Source of the DNA: Candidatus Eiseniibacteriota bacterium
GTDB lineage: Bacteria > Eisenbacteria > RBG-16-71-46
Assembly: GCA_963717505.1 (NCBI GenBank)
Contig: OY970342.1
Location: 1,408,001-1,472,000 of the forward strand
Length of the DNA: 64,000 bases
Reading direction: 5' to 3'
The notes under the pieces were generated by a model. The model made no database searches and had not been told where the DNA came from. It saw only the letters and a program-made list of their open reading frames with translations. Below, one piece after another: positions 60,201-64,000 of the stretch. A program made the translations under genes and the position numbers. Each line of letters starts with the position of its first letter. Position 1 is the first letter of the stretch.

Positions 60201-60683
60201 TTCGGAACGACGCCGGCGCTCGGCGATTCGGTCCCAACGCCGTTCGATACCACGAGCCACCGTATCCTGATCACCGGCCTGCCGCCGTCGGCCTGGGTTT
60301 GGTATCGCGTGCGAATTGCCGACTCGCTCGGCAACTGGCGCGACGCGGCGGTGGATTCGTTCCAGACCGAGGGCGGACCGCTCTCGGCCGACGACGCCCC
60401 GGTGCGCGACTTCGCGCTCTCGGCCGCCTTCCCGAATCCGAGTCGGGGGACCGTCCGCTTTGCCGCCGAGGTGCCGAAAGCCTCCCACCTGCGCCTCACC
60501 GTGTTCGATCTCCAGGGTCGGCTGGTGTGGGACGACGGTGGGCGCGAGGCCGCCCCCGGTCGCTGGACACTCACCTGGCCCGGCGTCGGCTCCGAGGGCG
60601 GGCCCGTGAACCCCGGGCTCTACCTGGCGCGCGTCCACCTCGGCGCCCACGTCTACCGCCGCCGGATCGCCCTGATCCGCTAG
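57240..60683 (+). CDS. Secreted PQQ-dependent (GSDH-type) sugar dehydrogenase with PKD, CARDB, FN3 and FlgD-Ig domains
   Basis: FLPDGR, GKVLRI, YGMRNPFR, GDVG...EEVN, NFGWP; PKD WNFGDG; ETDESNN; FlgD tail; GAGGAGG before GTG 57240. Confidence 0.85.
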   Translation: MTIPPTWARSGATAALVASLVSALPAAAQPHLPPKFVAENAVPGPPFNLPTCVAFLPDGRMLVGEKAGRVWVVKNGIRHPIPMWDRQNEVETIGDCGLMSIAVDPAYSLNRFVYFLYTADPDSNGVDTDPYAFGRLTRYRISTTDSNTVDSTSRAILMGVNWTQGPLTAGTSHTVGSLRWGEDASLLVSVGEGAESGQLDPGGLYPEAFGAGKTDPFEDIGAFRAQYRGSLGGKVLRINPQTGRGYSSNPWYQPGNPGSVRSRVWTYGMRNPFRICVRPGSGDPDPTVGDPGSLFIGDVGWTLWEEVNLSSNGGENFGWPCYEGVPEQADYQAANPSSYDCSTIGSPANPSPHAPPIMSWHHVDSTLSNPPGAGLFGNCTMIGAFYNGSGYPTGYQGALFFCDFGHNWMKVASFDAVDQLVTISDFATNMQGPVDFAMHPLTKDLHYVSIEMGEVRRIRYTGPVTDDPVAVATGTPLVGQSPSEVTFGGSESFSPVGRPLTYFWNFGDGQGSSSPSPVHIYYDAGVYDAVLTVTDDIAAIGRDTVRIVAYELPDFPTTEVLDDFNRANGPVGSQWVDDLFGLVVADSQLTQTAGMALPVWNGSVFGPEQEAFVTLNAITATSPHHTLMLKVQGTSFSTGHIQVRYDANFPRITVATFAPGQGWVTRGEINPWTFKPGDRFGARAYSNGVVEVYWDELAIGTFLTEGWPFSAQGGRIGMVLQDATASRLDDFGGGDIRVIDNDLPVATILAPPDSGFFAADTVWLMGQGTDAEDDPEELSFNWRVDTHHNNHVHPGYFQSTSATDFFIGEDHDDGTGVWLVALLWVTDTRGASDTTSVVLFPEVDLEPTGIATDPNPVPSNEAAEYSFWLHNRGRMLAARSHWALRIGGAVVAEGDTVVPALDSLYISQVLPPLVGPGVYDLRATADTTARVVETDESNNGLTVELLVDDSTVDRTPPLFVSGPGAEPHGVHAFVMWTASERSSGKVYFGTTPALGDSVPTPFDTTSHRILITGLPPSAWVWYRVRIADSLGNWRDAAVDSFQTEGGPLSADDAPVRDFALSAAFPNPSRGTVRFAAEVPKASHLRLTVFDLQGRLVWDDGGREAAPGRWTLTWPGVGSEGGPVNPGLYLARVHLGAHVYRRRIALIR

Positions 60684-60829
60684 GCGGCTCCCGCCTGTAG
60701 CGCATCGCTACGCCGGTCGCGTCGGGCTCTCCAACTCACCACCCACGCGTGGCGGTTTCGCGATTCCACTGCTGCGAAGCCCCTCTCGGCTGCGGTACTA
60801 TTCCGCGCTCCGATCCCTCCGTCAGACCC

Positions 60830-63800
60830 ATGAACCCCAGGGAACTCCATCCCCCCCGGAGGTCTTTCTGCGTTCGCTGCCCGCATGGACGCTCGTGGTT
60901 CTCGCGACGCAGTTCGCCGCTACGGCGTTCGCGGCCTCCGATACCGGGACGCCCGGTCCCGAAACCCACGTGCTCGACGTGCACGCCGGCTTCGTGATCG
61001 AAGACATCGTCGCTGCCAACGTCCCGACCTGTCTCGCGTTCCTGCCGGACGGATCGTTCCTGTTCGGCGAGAAATCCGGCCGGGTGTATCGGGTCACGAA
61101 CGCGGTCAAGCAGCAGCCCCCGTTGTGGAACGGCGAGACCGAGGTCCTGAGCGCGGCCGACGACGGGTTGATCAGCATTGCCGTCGATCCCAACTACGCG
61201 ACCAACCGGTTCGTGTACTTCCTCTACGTGGTCGATCCCGACACCAACGCGGTCGACGGGGACGCGCACGGTTTCGGCCGCCTGACGCGCTACCAGATCG
61301 ACGCGAGCGGCAACGCGCTGTTGCCCGGCTCACGCACGATTCTCATGGGTGTCGATCGCAGTCGCGGTCCGCTGGTCGGGTTCGGCTCGCACACGGTGGG
61401 CGCGCTGCGCTGGGGCGCGGACGGTAGTCTGCTGGTCTCGGTCGGCGACGGCGCGACCGCAGGCAACGTCGATGACGGCGGCAACGATCCAGGTTCTTTC
61501 GGCCCGGGACGCGCCGATCCCGCCGAGGACATCGGGGCCTTCCGCTCGCAGGACATGAACAGTCTGTGCGGCAAGATCCTGCGTCTCGATCCTACGACCG
61601 GGCAGGGCCGGCCCGACAATCCGTTCTACGACGGCGATCCGCACTCGGACCGCTCCAAGGTTTGGGAGTACGGGCTCCGCAATCCGTTCCGCTTCTCGGT
61701 GCGACCCGGCACCGGCAGCAGCACGCCGGGAGCGCTGCATCCCGGAAGTCTGTTCATCGGTGATGTCGGCTGGACCGAGTGGGAGGAAATCTCGGTCGCG
61801 CGCGACCCCGGCATGAACTTCGGCTGGCCATGTTTCGAGGGTCCCGAGGCTCTGGCGTCCTACCAGGCGTCGAACCCGGCGCACCATGGCTGCGGGACTC
61901 TCGGCACGCCGGCGAACCCGTCGCTGCCGACGCCACCGGGGATGTTCTGGACTCGCGATCAACCGGAAGCCGCGCAGCCCACCGGGATCACCGGCAACTG
62001 CGCGGTGGACGGGACCTTCTACGTCAGCGGTGCCTACCCGAGCGAATTCCAGGGCGCCTATTTCTTCGCCGACTATGGGGGGTCCTGGCTCAAGGTCGCG
62101 CGTTTCGACGCCGCCGACCGCGTGATCGCATGGAACGACTTCGCGACCGGGGTCAGCGGCCCGACCGACTTCGCGCGCAATCCGATAACCGGCGACATCC
62201 ACCTGACCTCGGCGTCCGACGGTCAGGTTCGCCGGATTCGATACATTGGTCCGCCCAATGAGCGACCGGTGGCCGTCGCGTCGGTGCAGACTCAGGGTGG
62301 TCGCGCGCCGTTTACTGCGACCTTCTCGAGCGCCGGCACCTACGATCCCGACGGTGTGCAGCTCACCTACGACTGGCGTTTCGGCGACGGCAACCTGTCG
62401 TCCGCCGCGAACCCAGTACACGTCTACGCGGGCGGCGGCGTCTACTCCGCCGTGTTCACCGTGACCGACAGCGTCGGCTGGATCGATCGTGACACCGTGC
62501 AGGTCACGGTGACCGGGCCGGCACCGTTCCCGGCGACCGGGATCTTCGATCGCTTCGACCGGCCCAACGGCGCGATCGGCGGACTCTGGATCGGCGAAGC
62601 CACTGAAGCCACGGTGCTCGACAGCATGGTCCGTCAGTCGGCCACCGGGGTCACGACCATGACCTGGGGCGGTCCGGTGCCGGGCATCGAGCAGGAGGCG
62701 TTCGCCCGCTTCCAGGTCGTGCCCACGTCCGGCAACGTCTCGGTGTTGCTCAAGGCCCAGGGGTCGACCCTGACCTCGGGCGGGATCGAAGCACGCTACT
62801 CACGCTCGACCAACGCGGTGAGCATCATCGAACGCCCACTCGGCGGCGGTTCGAACACGATCGGCACGATCAATGGCGTCACGCTGTCGGCGGGGGATCG
62901 ATACGGAGCCCGAACCTACACCGATGGCACCGTTCAGGTGTTCCGCAACGCCGTCTTGCTCGGGCAGGCGGTGCTGAACCCGGGCCCCTTGCGCACGCTC
63001 GGCGGCCGAGTCGGGCTGCGCTTCGACAGCGCGACCTCCGCGCGGCTCGACGACTTCGGCGGCGGTACGTTGTACGACGCCAATGAGAACGCCGAGCCCG
63101 AGGCGATCGTTCTGTCGCCCGAGCCGGTCGCGTTTCGCGCACTCGGCGACACCGTGTGGCTCGAGGGCGCGGCGTTCGACGCCGAGGACCCCGATTCGGT
63201 GTTGCGCTTCAACTGGGTGGTGGACTTGTTCCACAACAACCACATCCACCCCGCGTTCTTCACCTCCGAGAAGCGCCAGGACTTCTTCGTCATGACCGAC
63301 CACGACGACGGCACCGGCGTCTGGTATCACGTGCGGCTGATCGTGACCGATCTCGGCGGCGCCCAGGACGAGGTTCTGCATCTGCTCTACCCCGAAGTCG
63401 ATCTGGTGCCGGGTCCGGTCGTCGCCGCACCCCTGCCGCCGGGGAGCGGCGCGCCGTTCCAGCTCCAGTTCACCCTGAGCAACGGTGGAGGATTGGGTGC
63501 GCCGCGCACGCGCTGGATGATGCTGATGGACGGCCTCAAGGTGGCGGAGGGCGACACCTCGGTCGCGGCCACCGACAGCGTGCGCCTCAGCGTTCAACTG
63601 ACTGCGGGGGTGGCACCCGGGATTCGCGCGCTCCGAGTGGTCGCCGACACGCTCGAGGAGGTCAGCGAGACCAACGAATCGAACAACGCCCGCCAACAAT
63701 CGCTGATCGTGGTTCCCGGTTCGGGTCCGGACAATCAGCCTCCCGGCATCATGTCCGGACCGACGGCCGAACCCCATGGCGTGTTCGCTGAGGTGCAATG

Positions 63801-64000
63801 GTCGACCAACGAGCCGGCGTTCGGCCTGGTGCGCTACGGCCCGACGCCGGCGTTCGGGGATTCGGCGGCGACCCCGGTCGGGATCACGCACCTGGCGATC
63901 CTCGATGGACTGGCGCTCGGCACGCGCTATTACTACCGAGTGGTGGCGCGCGATCCTTCGAACAACGCGACCACGGCACCGCTCGATTCCTTCGTCACCC
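60830..64000 (+). CDS. Second GSDH-PKD-CARDB-FN3 paralog (3' truncated by window; apparent 1-nt frameshift near 60865)
   Basis: Absent from the ORF track; frame 1 reads VPTCLAFLPDG, GKILRL, YGLRNPFR, NFGWP, WRFGDG, HNNHIHP, ETNESNN and appears open to the window end. Confidence 0.85.

Overview
High-GC bacterial chromosomal segment, probably close to oriC: it opens with the parA 3' end, parB with an internal parS, and a bactofilin. The gene style resembles Ca. Eisenbacteria or related FCB-associated lineages (many secreted proteins with FlgD-Ig C-terminal domains and one ending in SWGxLKxxYR); this taxonomic call is inference. The window holds dispersed futalosine-pathway menaquinone genes (ubiA-like/ubiX/ubiD, mqnE, mqnA, mqnC), lexA, two Ser/Thr kinase-TPR proteins, a hybrid kinase/response regulator/PP2C operon, psuG, argJ, two DUF4160 toxin-antitoxin-like pairs and a two-cassette attC array without an integrase. 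The best candidate for an undescribed system is an IS200-type TnpA homologue directly downstream of lexA. It keeps its HUH motif but lacks the catalytic Tyr/Gln, and it carries the same LexA-box-like operator as the lexA promoter, so it may be a domesticated SOS-regulated ssDNA/hairpin-binding protein. Also notable are many SD-less genes with a -10-like hexamer only 6-10 nt before the start codon, and several frameshifts that are probably assembly errors. I saw no rRNA, tRNA or CRISPR array.
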